From contig DJIF01000130.1 of assembly GCA_002433485.1 (NCBI GenBank), positions 26,553 to 90,552 on the forward strand: a DNA stretch of 64,000 nucleotides. Direction: 5' to 3'. The DNA comes from Deltaproteobacteria bacterium UBA6601. Lineage in GTDB: Bacteria > Myxococcota_A > UBA796 > UBA9615. Positions 20,134 to 31,997 of the stretch are shown here, piece by piece. The notes below the pieces were generated by a model that did not search any database, was not told the origin of the DNA, and worked only from the letters and a program-made list of their open reading frames with translations. How positions within the stretch are numbered: the stretch's first letter is position 1; each line of letters opens with the position of its first letter. The position numbers and the translations under genes were made by a program.

Positions 20134-20481
20134 CTATTTGTTGTCGGCTTTGGAGCCGTCCGTTTCCATTGTTGTGGTGCGAGACACTTTGTTCTTGTCC
20201 ACTCGAACTTTCACACCCTTCGCCACCTCAAGCTGCACGACGGCCTCTTCCACGGCCGCCACTCGTCCGTGAAGTCCGGCTGCAGTAACCACCTGGTCGC
20301 CCTTCTTGAGCGCAGCAACCATGGCCTGATGAGCCCGCGCCTGCTTGGTCTGCGGACGAATCACGAGAAAGTACCAGATGGCAATAATAAGGCCGAAGAA
20401 CAGCATCATCGGCGGCCCCTGTGGTGGCGGGGCTGCGCCACCTTCCTGGGCCAGCGCGGTTCCGATCAGAAGCTCTAGCAT
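20134..20481 (-). CDS. yajC: preprotein translocase subunit YajC
   Basis: Single-TM YajC signature (MMLFFGLIIAIWYFLVIRPQTKQ…GDQVVTAAGLHG). Position between tgt and secD. Confidence 0.8.
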   Translation of the reverse strand: MLELLIGTALAQEGGAAPPPQGPPMMLFFGLIIAIWYFLVIRPQTKQARAHQAMVAALKKGDQVVTAAGLHGRVAAVEEAVVQLEVAKGVKVRVDKNKVSRTTTMETDGSKADNK

Positions 20482-20496
20482 TCACAACTCCACATC

Positions 20497-22759
<2,263 letters not shown>

Positions 22760-22920
22760 CGCTGAGCGCTTCTAGATCAGTGTGGCCAAAGCTGCAATGA
22801 CTCCCTCCATCGGAGCCATATCTTGGTACCGCCTGGCAGCGGGTCGTAGTGATGATGGCGCAGGCAGAATCGACCATTCGCAATTTGAATCGAGTACTCT
22901 CTGCAGCGAAGGAGGCTGGC

Positions 22921-24594
22921 ATGCGGGTCGCTCTGGCACAGCTAAACTCTCTGGTCGGCGATGTGCGTGGAAACGCAGCGAGCATCACCAAACAATATCG
23001 GCAGGCTCGAGCCCTGGGCGCTGAACTGGTGGTCTTCCCGGAGCTGGCTCTGGTTGGCTACCCACCCAGAGACCTGGTCGACCGACCATCGCTGTGGGCC
23101 GCCTGTAAGCGCGAACTCCGGTCCCTGGCCGAGTTGACCAGGGACGGTGGCGCCATCTTGCTGGGCACCTTGACGCCGACGCAGTCTCAGGTGGGACGGG
23201 CGGTGTTCAACTCAGCGGTGCTGCTTGAAGGAGGCCGCGAGCTGGCGCGTGTACATAAGTCGCTGCTGCCCAGCTATGACGTTTTTGATGAAGCCCGCTA
23301 CTTTGAGCCTGCCCGGCCCGGCTCGGTGGCGCCGATTGCGTTTCGTGGTCATTGCCTAGGGGTAACCATCTGCGAGGACGTCTGGAATGATGCCGACTTC
23401 TGGGAAAGGCGTCTGTACGACCGAGACCCCGCCCAGGAGTTGGTCGATCAGGGTGCAGATCTACTGATCAATCTTTCGGCCTCCCCCTATCACCTCGGCA
23501 AGCAGGGCTTGCGCCACGAGATGTTGTCGACTCTAGCTCAGGGCCTCAAGGTTCCGGTGTTGCACTGCAATCTGGTCGGGGGCAACGATGAGTTGATCTT
23601 TGATGGGGCGAGCTTTGCCTGCTGGTCTGACGGCAGCCTGCGTGCAGTCGCCGCGTGTTTTGCAGAAGATCTATTGCTGCTGGATACAGAAAAACCTGGC
23701 CTACCAATCCCCCCTGCAGCTCCCCTCTCGGCCCCGGAGGGCGCGGCGCGGGCCCTGACTCTGGGTGTGGCGGACTATTTCTCCAAATGCGGCTTTGAAC
23801 GCGCTGTGGTTGGCCTCAGCGGCGGCATCGACTCGGCGGTAACTGCCGCCCTGGCAGTGCGAGCCCTGGGGGCTGACCAGGTTACCGGGATCACCATGCC
23901 GTCACGATATTCGTCGAGCGGTTCTATAGAGGATTCCAGGCAACTCGCTGAGGCACTCGGGATCGAATTTCATGTAGTGCCGATAGAGAGCACTCACCGT
24001 GCTTATCAAGATAGTCTCAGCGAGCTCTGGAAGAGCGCTGGCTGTGTGGATATTCAGACCACGGGTCTGGCCGATCAGAACCTCCAGGCGCGAATTCGCG
24101 GGAATCTGCTCATGGCCTGGTCAAATCGGCGGGGGGCGCTGGTGCTCTCTACTGGCAATAAGAGTGAGCTGGCGGTGGGCTATTGCACCCTCTATGGCGA
24201 TATGGCTGGCGGACTGGCGGTTATCTCCGACCTTCCCAAGACCCTGGTCTATGAAGTTGCCAATTGGCTCAATTGCGACGGAGTTGTTATCCCGCAAGAG
24301 ACGATCAACAAGCCTCCGTCCGCGGAACTCGCCCCTGATCAGCTGGACACCGACTCGCTGCCGCCCTACCCCGTGCTTGACGCCATTCTTAACGGCTACA
24401 TAGAGCAGTGCGCCGAGCCCGCCGCAATCGCCCAACAAACGGGCATCCCGAGCGACCAGGTTGAGGCGGTGGTCCAGTTGGTCAACCGCAACGAATTCAA
24501 GCGCCGCCAGGCGGCACCTGGGCTGCGAGTAACCAGCAAGGCCTTTGGCTCTGGTCGTCGCTTCCCAGTCGCGGCCCGCTTTGGGTTCGACTGA
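22921..24594 (+). CDS. nadE: glutamine-dependent NAD+ synthetase (N-terminal nitrilase/CN-hydrolase domain + NAD synthetase domain)
   Basis: Start MRVALAQLN with AAGGAGG RBS. CN-hydrolase E-K-C triad context (VVFPELALVGY…, C in VTICED). PP-loop SGGIDSAV in the C-terminal domain. Confidence 0.85.
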   Translation: MRVALAQLNSLVGDVRGNAASITKQYRQARALGAELVVFPELALVGYPPRDLVDRPSLWAACKRELRSLAELTRDGGAILLGTLTPTQSQVGRAVFNSAVLLEGGRELARVHKSLLPSYDVFDEARYFEPARPGSVAPIAFRGHCLGVTICEDVWNDADFWERRLYDRDPAQELVDQGADLLINLSASPYHLGKQGLRHEMLSTLAQGLKVPVLHCNLVGGNDELIFDGASFACWSDGSLRAVAACFAEDLLLLDTEKPGLPIPPAAPLSAPEGAARALTLGVADYFSKCGFERAVVGLSGGIDSAVTAALAVRALGADQVTGITMPSRYSSSGSIEDSRQLAEALGIEFHVVPIESTHRAYQDSLSELWKSAGCVDIQTTGLADQNLQARIRGNLLMAWSNRRGALVLSTGNKSELAVGYCTLYGDMAGGLAVISDLPKTLVYEVANWLNCDGVVIPQETINKPPSAELAPDQLDTDSLPPYPVLDAILNGYIEQCAEPAAIAQQTGIPSDQVEAVVQLVNRNEFKRRQAAPGLRVTSKAFGSGRRFPVAARFGFD

Positions 24595-24602
24595 AGCTTT
24601 CC

Positions 24603-25376
24603 TCAGCCCTCAGAATCCTTGCCATGGTTCATGCCAGAAAAGGCCTTGAGCATCTCAATGGGGATCGGGAAGACCACAGTTGAGCTGTTCTCGGCGGACA
24701 CTTCGGACAGGGTCTGCAGGTAGCGCAACTGAATGGTGATCGGGCTCTCGCCCATGATCTTGGATGCCTCGGTGAGCTTTGAACTTGCCTGCAGTTCGCC
24801 ATCCGCAGCAATGATCTTGGCGCGCCGCTCCCGTTCCGCTTCTGCCTGCTTGGCCATAGCGCGCTGCATCTCCTGCGGTAGGTCGATGTGCTTGAGTTCT
24901 ACCTTGCTGACCTTGATGCCCCAGGCATCAGTGTCTTCGTCGAGCAGGTTCTGCAGCTTGGTGTTGATCTTCTCGCGGTCAGCGAGTAGTTCGTCCAGCT
25001 CACAGGTTCCTGCCACCGAGCGCAGTGTGGTCTGGGCCAACTGCGAGGTGGCATAGAGGAAGTTGTCCACCTCGATGATGGCCTTCTCCGGCGACATCAC
25101 CCGGAAATAAACCACCGCATTGATCTTTACGGAGACGTTGTCGCGGGTGATCACATCCTGGGTCGGAATGTCGAGGGTTACTACCCGCAGGTCTACCTTG
25201 ACGAGCTTGTCCACAAAGGGAATCAGGAAGACGATTCCTGGGCCTTTGACCGCGACAAAGCGGCCAAGCCGAAACACGGTGCCTCGCTCATATTCACGCA
25301 AGATCTTGATGGCCGACGACAGGATGGCGACGCCAGCGATGACGAAAAAGAAGGCCAATTCAATGAACGCACTCAT
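24603..25376 (-). CDS. SPFH/band-7 (stomatin-like) protein
   Basis: N-terminal TM + SPFH domain ([14 protein letters not shown]…[16 protein letters not shown]) and coiled-coil tail. Classic partner of the upstream NfeD gene. Confidence 0.8.
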   Translation of the reverse strand: MSAFIELAFFFVIAGVAILSSAIKILREYERGTVFRLGRFVAVKGPGIVFLIPFVDKLVKVDLRVVTLDIPTQDVITRDNVSVKINAVVYFRVMSPEKAIIEVDNFLYATSQLAQTTLRSVAGTCELDELLADREKINTKLQNLLDEDTDAWGIKVSKVELKHIDLPQEMQRAMAKQAEAERERRAKIIAADGELQASSKLTEASKIMGESPITIQLRYLQTLSEVSAENSSTVVFPIPIEMLKAFSGMNHGKDSEG

Positions 25377-25382
25377 TGTTCG

Positions 25383-26876
25383 TTACTCCGGTTGGGTTTG
25401 GGCCGTCGAAGTGGGGTTCGACGGCAGTTCGGGAGGGGCTTCGGAGGTTGCGGCCTGGACTTCCAGTTTCAGGCCGTGCACCGCGATCACCGTGATCGGA
25501 CTGTCCTCGCCAATGGGGTCCCTGGAGAAGGCCGCCCAGCGTTCGCTATGGACAAATACCTGGCCAGTCTTACGACCCCCGGGGATGGCGCTCAAGGTGT
25601 GGCCCGCGGCGCCCACCATTCCTTCTTCGCCGCCCATTACCTTGCGAGTGTGTCCGCGCCAGACCAGCCAGGCGACTAAGCCCACGCAGAGCATGGTGAA
25701 GACCACTACGATGGCCACCACTTCAGGAGTGACTCCGATATTGAATTCAGGACTCTTCTTCACCAGAAACAGACCCCCAAAGGCCAGAGACACACCACCT
25801 CCAACCGTCAGCAGTCCATAGCTGGGAAAATAGACTTCGGCAAATAGACAGCCAAAACCAATGAAGACGAAGACCAGGGCCAGCAGATTGACTGGAATGG
25901 CGCTGAGGCCGAATGCCGCGAGCAGCAGCGCGATTGCGCCAACCACACCGGGAATGATGAGGCCCGGATTGTTGAACTCCAGGTAGAAGCCCAGCGCTGC
26001 CAGCGCCATTAGCAGATAGGTCACGTTGGGGTGGGTCAGGAGAGTCAGAACCCGGTGCGCAAGGCTCATGGGCACATGCTCCACCGCTCCCTGCGTGCGC
26101 AGTACCAGTCGCTGGTCTGTCGCGAGGCTGATCTCCTGTCCGTCGATCTGCTCCAGCAAATCATCCAAAGACTCCGCTTCCAGATCGACAACACCCAATT
26201 CGACGGCTTCGTCTACTTGAATTGAGACGCTCTCCCTGACCGCCTTTTCGGCCCAGTCCGCATTACGCCCCCGTTGTTCCGCAACGTTGCGGATAAAGGC
26301 GACCGAGTCATTGGTCACCTTCTCCAACATGGCGGCCTCAGAGTCCTTCTTGGATTCCTCGTCCTCCTGTTCCTGGCCGGTGGTTGGCATGGACATCATC
26401 ACCGGATGTGCTGCTCCGATGTTGGTGGCAGGCGCCATTGCCGCGACGTGTGCAGCCATGGTGATGAAGGTCCCCGCCGATGCAGCCCGAGACCCGCGTG
26501 GACCCACATAGACAATCAGAGGTACTTCCGAACGGAGCATTTCCTTGACCATCTCGCGGGTGCTCTGTAGCGAGCCGCCCGGCGTGTCGAGAACCAAGAC
26601 CACAGCCCGCACCTCCGGGTCCTGTTCGGCCTTTGCGATGCCCTCTACGAAGTAATCCCGCGTACCCCGATTAATGATCTGATCATCGAGGGTGAGGACC
26701 TGGATTCTTCCCGGGCCTGGATCACGAATGGGTTGAGCTTCACCTGCTTTGATCGGCTTGACCGAGGTCTCATCAGACGTGGGCTCAATTGCCTCCTGGG
26801 CACGCGTAGCACTGCTCAGCGCTGCTGTAATCAGCGCCATGCTGAGGATGCAGATGTTTAACAGTCGCAGATTCAT
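25383..26876 (-). CDS. NfeD-family membrane-bound serine protease (ClpP-class)
   Basis: Signal peptide, ClpP-like domain with active-site context (GSRAASAGTFI…AAHPV), C-terminal TM segments and OB-fold tail. ATGA overlap with the upstream ORF. Confidence 0.8.
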   Translation of the reverse strand: MNLRLLNICILSMALITAALSSATRAQEAIEPTSDETSVKPIKAGEAQPIRDPGPGRIQVLTLDDQIINRGTRDYFVEGIAKAEQDPEVRAVVLVLDTPGGSLQSTREMVKEMLRSEVPLIVYVGPRGSRAASAGTFITMAAHVAAMAPATNIGAAHPVMMSMPTTGQEQEDEESKKDSEAAMLEKVTNDSVAFIRNVAEQRGRNADWAEKAVRESVSIQVDEAVELGVVDLEAESLDDLLEQIDGQEISLATDQRLVLRTQGAVEHVPMSLAHRVLTLLTHPNVTYLLMALAALGFYLEFNNPGLIIPGVVGAIALLLAAFGLSAIPVNLLALVFVFIGFGCLFAEVYFPSYGLLTVGGGVSLAFGGLFLVKKSPEFNIGVTPEVVAIVVVFTMLCVGLVAWLVWRGHTRKVMGGEEGMVGAAGHTLSAIPGGRKTGQVFVHSERWAAFSRDPIGEDSPITVIAVHGLKLEVQAATSEAPPELPSNPTSTAQTQPE

Positions 26877-27562
26877 CGACGTCTCTCTCCGGCAGGGCTG
26901 GGCAACTCACGCCCAGTGATCTGCGCATATTTGCGGCGCAGCAGCTTCATGTCCTCGAACACAGCCCGCTTGTCCTGACTGTTCACCAGCAGGTGGCTGG
27001 CGTCGTGGCTATATAGCAGGGCTACGCCGCCGTAGCTGTGCACCGCACCTCGCAGTCGTGCCAGGTCACCACCCCCCGAAAGCAGGCTGCAGACCTTCTG
27101 ACCCAGGGCAATGATCAGGATCCGCTCTGGACGATGGAGCTCAACTGTGATGGCCTGAGGGAGTTGAAGAACGGTCGAGCCAGAGTCCGGCTCCGTCACC
27201 GAGCAGACCCGTACCTCGGACCGGCGCAGGCCAAGAACGTTGTGCAGGATCCGCTCAAACAGGTCCTCGGCTGCGCTGTTGGTTGAGTGCTGGCGAATGA
27301 AGACCAGCTCCGCATCTTCAGGGCCAGTCCAATCAAATTGCCTGAGCGTTGCAGGGGCAACGTCGCTTACTGGATCAGGGCCACGGCTCGGCGAGGCCGG
27401 CGTGCCTGTGGCCGACTCTGAATGGTTGGTGAGGGGGAGCGGGTCCTCTCTTTCCGTCCCGGGCCTGGCGAACTCACGGCCGTGCAGTTCCACCCAAGCC
27501 CGCAGGTCAAGGCTCAGCGCAAGCAACTCATCGGCGGGCGATTCTGGGGCCTGATTGCTCAA
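26873..27562 (-). CDS. uracil-DNA-glycosylase-superfamily (family-4-like fold) protein, catalytic motifs not evident
   Basis: C-terminal 130 aa follows the UDG-family-4 pattern (…LIIALGQKV…LRGAVHSYGGVALLYSHDASHLL…) but lacks clear GE[AG]PG / HPSxL motifs. N-terminal approximately 90 aa are low complexity. 4-nt overlaps with both neighbours. Confidence 0.45.
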   Translation of the reverse strand: MSNQAPESPADELLALSLDLRAWVELHGREFARPGTEREDPLPLTNHSESATGTPASPSRGPDPVSDVAPATLRQFDWTGPEDAELVFIRQHSTNSAAEDLFERILHNVLGLRRSEVRVCSVTEPDSGSTVLQLPQAITVELHRPERILIIALGQKVCSLLSGGGDLARLRGAVHSYGGVALLYSHDASHLLVNSQDKRAVFEDMKLLRRKYAQITGRELPSPAGERRR

Positions 27563-30225
27563 GGGAGCTCCAGATTGGCGAGTCCGATGTTGCCGGCTCC
27601 ATCATCGATGCTGATTTGCCAGTTCTGACTGCCTTGTTCAAGGAGCTGAGCGATTGAAACTTGCACAAGCGTCCCGCTCGAGGTCTCGCTTTGCTCAGTG
27701 ATGCCAAGGGCCACAGCTTCGCCTCCGGTAACGGCAGCGGCGCTCACCTGCAGACCCTTGCCGCTCACCACCAGGGGGGTGGGGGTCGTCGGCGCAGATT
27801 GCGCGTGTAACAGCCGGTAGCCCTGGGCGGCAGCGGTATAGGCGGCCTGTATCTGCAATGAATCACCCTCGACGGCCAGTTCCAGCTCCACCTGTGCAGG
27901 AACCACTTCGAAAGCCTCAGAGCGCAGCTCGTAGCTGATGGTGTCATAGGGGTAGTTATCGTCAGCCGGGTCCTTGCTCGGCCCGTTGACCAGGAAGCGA
28001 TAACGAGTAGTCGGCAGGGTGGCCAGCTGGTCCAGGCCAGCCCAGGTGTTCAGCGGCTGCCACTGAGCATGGTAGTAGTGACGCCGCTCGGGATCCGGTT
28101 CGACGTCTGTGCCGCTGAGCGGATTAGGTGTGTAGGTGACAATGATGTCGGCCAGGGCATCGCTGATGGCGTTGCCCTGGGGGGTCCGCAGCAGCTGCCA
28201 GCTGCCGTCATCCTGCTCTTGTTCAAGCTGCACAGAAAGCAGCCCCAAGGAGGGGTCGCCGCCTTCAAAGCTGAACCGTGCCATTCCCTGAATCCGCGCT
28301 ATCTGTGCTTCGGGCTGAGCCTGCTCGGGAGCCGCGCCGTCCCAGGTGAAGAGGTAATCGGGAACATCGCTCAGGGCTTGTCCGGCGTTTGCGGTTTGGT
28401 CCGGGACTACCGGTGTCTGCTCCCATTCGGGGTACCAGGTGGAGGTGGGGTAGTCGGGCCAGGCCGGGTCTTCGGCAAGCGGGCTGTTGGCCAGGGCAAC
28501 AAGCTCTAGTTGTCGCTCCAGCAGATGTTCTCCCTGCAGGGGTCCCCACCAGGTAATGGCCGGTTCAAACCCACCTTGCAGCCAGTCTTCGACCGTCAAC
28601 AGATAGCCTTCATGGTCCATGGCGTAGCCAAGCACCACAGTTCGGTGCACTTCAGCTTCATGGAGAGCCCGATAGCGCAGGTTCTGGGCCCATAGAGTGG
28701 TGACTTCACCCGGGGCAAATGCCAGTACTACATCCTCTTCCGCGCTCCCCTGCCCCATCACCGTTACCGGCAGACTCCGTAAGCCCAGCGCGCCAAGCAT
28801 GGCAGTGCGGGACTCTGGCAGTGGCAACGGGTACTGCTCCCGGTCTGAGATGAACGCCCGAAAGGCGATGCGGAACAGAGAGAAGCTCTTGTCTACGTCA
28901 AGGCAGCTCTGGTAGGCGGGCAAGGGGACGTTGAGGCCAAACAGTGATATGTCGATCTCCGGCTCACCGCAGAGCAATGCCCCGTGTTGGGCCCAAAACT
29001 CATCAAGAGGACTACGCACACTGCCGTCATCGTTCCAGATCAGCATGTCCGGAACGTATGGGTCCTCTGCCCAGGCCGGGTCCCACGGCAGGTAGTGAAG
29101 ATCGGCACTGCCGGCACGGGTCACACGAATGTCGCGTCCCTGTTCAACATAGCGCTGCGCCGGCTCGAGCTGGATTTCTCCGCCGCGGACTTCGGTGGCC
29201 TCATACAGCTCGAGGATCCCCTGCGCGGCTGTTTCGGCGATGGACTCCATTCGTGCAAAGCCTTCAAATTGACCCCGCGGCGCCACATCACCGGCCGCCC
29301 CCTGGGCGAACATCCAGCGGGGGCCTCCATGGCGTTCGTTGAGCAGCGCACTGATATGGTCAGGAGCTTCGCTGCTGATCAGCGCGTTACTGCCACCCAT
29401 GATGGTTCCATGGATGCCGAAGCTGAAGAGTGCGGCTATGGGACTGCCATCAACGCCATCCACCCGCAGCAAAGTTGCCTGAGGGTCCTTCCAGCCAGCT
29501 CCGGTGGGCGACCCGTCAGGGCCGGGCAGGTGGTCATTCTCGGTGCGTCGATCGCCGAACAGCCGGTCCTCACCGATAGGATCGAACTGAGGGTTGATGC
29601 CGATTCCGATGGCCGCGTCCTGCCGTGTCTCCCAGGCTTGCACAGCCAACTCCACCAACTGACTTACGAGACGATCGAAGATCTCCTGATTGAAGAAGTC
29701 ACCACCGAAGAACAGCACAAAGGCTTTGGTGAACGGCCCGTATGACGAGTGGCTGTGATTGGCCATGGTGAACACTGAGTCGGAGAGGTCCCGACCGATA
29801 CGTTCACTCAGACGCTGGCCGATGGCCTCGGTGAGGCCGTCAAACGAATAAATAAGGCCAAATCGCACCAGCACGGCCGTCTCCTGGCCATTTTCCAGCC
29901 ACAGCACATCGGCGGGAATGCGAGTCTGCCATCCTGCCGACGGGACAAAATCGACCCGATAGTCCGAGTTCCTGGCGTCAGGTCCCGGCTCATTGCCCAG
30001 CGCCCGGTCCCGGTCGGTGTAGCCGCCCAGTGGAACCCCAACTGGCAGGTCGAGAGTACCTCCTGCTACACCCGCCTGTAGCGGTCCGGCTACTGATGGA
30101 GGCCAAGTTGGTCCGTTGTCGTCGTTGTCCTCGCCGCCGCAGGCGGGTAGCAGCAGTAAGAGTAGCGCGGTCAGAAGCGCGACCACCCGATCCAGAACCC
30201 GGCCCGCCACCGCCCGCTTACTCAT
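27559..30225 (-). other. neutral/alkaline ceramidase-like lipoprotein portion (possible internal in-frame start MSKR at 30225)
   Basis: MSKRAVAGRVLDRVVALLTALLLLLLPAC resembles a SPII signal peptide/lipobox, followed by a ceramidase N-terminal-domain-like region and a C-terminal beta-rich tail. Internal start is inference. Confidence 0.4.
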
Positions 30226-31383
30226 CAGTGGCAGTTCGTCGGCACCTCCATCGCGGTCAAGAATGGTTACTGCATTGGTGTCGACCGCAAAGCCGGCTCC
30301 GGCTTGGGAGAGGTCGTTGGCAACAATCAGGTCTAGGTTCTTAGCCTCGAGCTTGGCGCTCGCTCCGCTGAGCAATTCGCTGGTCTCCATTGCGAAGCCT
30401 ACGACGACCCTGGGGCGGGCTTCAGGAACCACCTCGGCGAGGATGTCGGGGCACCGTTTAAGCTCCAGATTTGCTGCGTTTCGGTCGCCCTTTTTGAGCT
30501 TGTGCGATGCGATGTTCTGCGGCCGAAAGTCAGCTACCGCGGCGGCCATGATCAATGCATCCATCCCCGGGAGAGTGCTCTTGATCGCGGCTGCCATCTG
30601 TTCGGCGCTCTCCACATCAATGCGCCGCGCCCCGCGCGGAGTGCTTAGCGCTACCGGTCCGCTGACGAGCGTCACTTCAGCGCCTCTTGCGAGGGCCTCT
30701 TCGGCCAGAGCGAAGCCCATCTTTCCGCTGCTGCGATTGGTGAGGAAACGCACTGGGTCCAGAGCTTCACGGGTCGGGCCCGCCGAGATCAGCAGCTTGC
30801 TATCACTCAGGTCGTTGCTCTGCAACATTCGCTCTACCTCAGCAACGATGACCTCAGGTTCAGGCAGCCTCCCCTGCCCCGACTCGCCGCTCGCCAGACG
30901 GCCCGACTCACTGGGAACAACGGTGATGCCTGAGGCGTTGAGACGCTCGAGGGCCTGGTGGTGAAGGGGATGACCAGCCATCTTGCTGTGCATGGCCGGG
31001 CTGACCAATACCGGCCCATCAAAACAACAGATACAGAGCTTCAGGAGGTCGTCGGCCAGACCTGCGCTCAGGCCGCCGACCAGATTCGCCGTTGCTGGAT
31101 AAACAACGATAGCGTCGGCCCAGCGCGATAGATCCACATGGAGTTCACCTGCGCTGCTCTCATCCAGGGCCCACACGCTCCTGTGCACGGGGTTTTGCGA
31201 GATCGCATGGAAGGTCGGCACGCCAATGAAGCGGGTCGCCGCATCGGTCATGACGACCCGCACCTCAAAGCCGGCATCTTGAAGCCTTCGCACCAGTAAA
31301 ATTGCCTTGAATGCGCTGACCCCTCCGCATACGCCCAGCAGAATCCGGCGCCGTTCCGTCTGATCAGATGACATCGACATCAC
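27559..31383 (-). CDS. uninterrupted 1274-codon ORF: CoaBC (phosphopantothenoylcysteine decarboxylase/phosphopantothenate--cysteine ligase) followed in frame by a lipoprotein-type neutral/alkaline-ceramidase-family protein
   Basis: Residues 1-~405 are a complete CoaBC ending in the family-typical LPLMSKRAVAGRVLDRVVALL. There is no stop codon. The frame continues into TALLLLLLPACGG (lipobox-like) and an approximately 860-aa domain with neutral-ceramidase-like motifs (MANHSHSSYGP, AAGDVAPRG). See findings. Confidence 0.6.
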   Translation of the reverse strand: MMSMSSDQTERRRILLGVCGGVSAFKAILLVRRLQDAGFEVRVVMTDAATRFIGVPTFHAISQNPVHRSVWALDESSAGELHVDLSRWADAIVVYPATANLVGGLSAGLADDLLKLCICCFDGPVLVSPAMHSKMAGHPLHHQALERLNASGITVVPSESGRLASGESGQGRLPEPEVIVAEVERMLQSNDLSDSKLLISAGPTREALDPVRFLTNRSSGKMGFALAEEALARGAEVTLVSGPVALSTPRGARRIDVESAEQMAAAIKSTLPGMDALIMAAAVADFRPQNIASHKLKKGDRNAANLELKRCPDILAEVVPEARPRVVVGFAMETSELLSGASAKLEAKNLDLIVANDLSQAGAGFAVDTNAVTILDRDGGADELPLMSKRAVAGRVLDRVVALLTALLLLLLPACGGEDNDDNGPTWPPSVAGPLQAGVAGGTLDLPVGVPLGGYTDRDRALGNEPGPDARNSDYRVDFVPSAGWQTRIPADVLWLENGQETAVLVRFGLIYSFDGLTEAIGQRLSERIGRDLSDSVFTMANHSHSSYGPFTKAFVLFFGGDFFNQEIFDRLVSQLVELAVQAWETRQDAAIGIGINPQFDPIGEDRLFGDRRTENDHLPGPDGSPTGAGWKDPQATLLRVDGVDGSPIAALFSFGIHGTIMGGSNALISSEAPDHISALLNERHGGPRWMFAQGAAGDVAPRGQFEGFARMESIAETAAQGILELYEATEVRGGEIQLEPAQRYVEQGRDIRVTRAGSADLHYLPWDPAWAEDPYVPDMLIWNDDGSVRSPLDEFWAQHGALLCGEPEIDISLFGLNVPLPAYQSCLDVDKSFSLFRIAFRAFISDREQYPLPLPESRTAMLGALGLRSLPVTVMGQGSAEEDVVLAFAPGEVTTLWAQNLRYRALHEAEVHRTVVLGYAMDHEGYLLTVEDWLQGGFEPAITWWGPLQGEHLLERQLELVALANSPLAEDPAWPDYPTSTWYPEWEQTPVVPDQTANAGQALSDVPDYLFTWDGAAPEQAQPEAQIARIQGMARFSFEGGDPSLGLLSVQLEQEQDDGSWQLLRTPQGNAISDALADIIVTYTPNPLSGTDVEPDPERRHYYHAQWQPLNTWAGLDQLATLPTTRYRFLVNGPSKDPADDNYPYDTISYELRSEAFEVVPAQVELELAVEGDSLQIQAAYTAAAQGYRLLHAQSAPTTPTPLVVSGKGLQVSAAAVTGGEAVALGITEQSETSSGTLVQVSIAQLLEQGSQNWQISIDDGAGNIGLANLELP
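30168..31383 (-). other. coaBC: CoaBC-homologous portion of the 27559..31383 ORF
   Basis: Flavoprotein (CoaC) half GVCGGVSAFKA… and CoaB half with GPTREALDPVRFLTNRSSGKMG and KLKK motifs. Boundary estimated from family C-terminus. Confidence 0.75.
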
Positions 31384-31975
31384 CCTGCCCCTCTCTGAGG
31401 ATCAAGTACGGGGTGCAGGTCATATCGACCACTGTGGTTGGCCGCTCCAGGCCCAGGCCGCCGTCGACTACCGCCGCAAGTTGGTGGCCGAGATCGCGCT
31501 CGATGTGGTTGGGGTCCACCACGAAGCGCTCCTCTTCATCCTGGCGCAGCGAAGTTGTCACCAGGGGCCTCCCCAACTGCAGCGCCAGAGCCCTCGGGAT
31601 CGCAGCATCCGGCACACGGATTCCGATGGTACGCCGCTTCTTATGCATCCGCTTGGGAATCTCGCGGCCCGCATTAAGGATGAAGGTATAGGGCCCAGGC
31701 AACAAGCGCTTGAGGGTGCGGTAGGTAAGGGTGGAGATGTGCCCGGCATAGCGCCCCACATCATCCACATCAGCTAGCAGGATGCTCAAGGGGTGACTGC
31801 GCGGGCTCTGCTTAAGGGCGTACAGCTTGTCGATGGACTTGGGGCTATGCAGGTCACAGGCCAGCGAATAACCCGAGTCGGTCGGAATTGCCAGAACCCC
31901 TCCCTCGCGAAGCAGCTCGGCGGCGCGATGGACCTCGCGCCCCTGGCTGGCCCAGGTGTCGATCTCAATGCGCAC
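31364..31975 (-). CDS. tsaC: L-threonylcarbamoyladenylate synthase (YrdC/TsaC/Sua5 family)
   Basis: YrdC-domain signature (GGVLAIPTDSGYSLACD, KRRTIGIRVP). Approximately 200 aa. Confidence 0.8.
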   Translation of the reverse strand: MRIEIDTWASQGREVHRAAELLREGGVLAIPTDSGYSLACDLHSPKSIDKLYALKQSPRSHPLSILLADVDDVGRYAGHISTLTYRTLKRLLPGPYTFILNAGREIPKRMHKKRRTIGIRVPDAAIPRALALQLGRPLVTTSLRQDEEERFVVDPNHIERDLGHQLAAVVDGGLGLERPTTVVDMTCTPYLILREGQGDVDVI

Positions 31976-31997
31976 GAGCAGAGCAGTCGCTGCAGCT

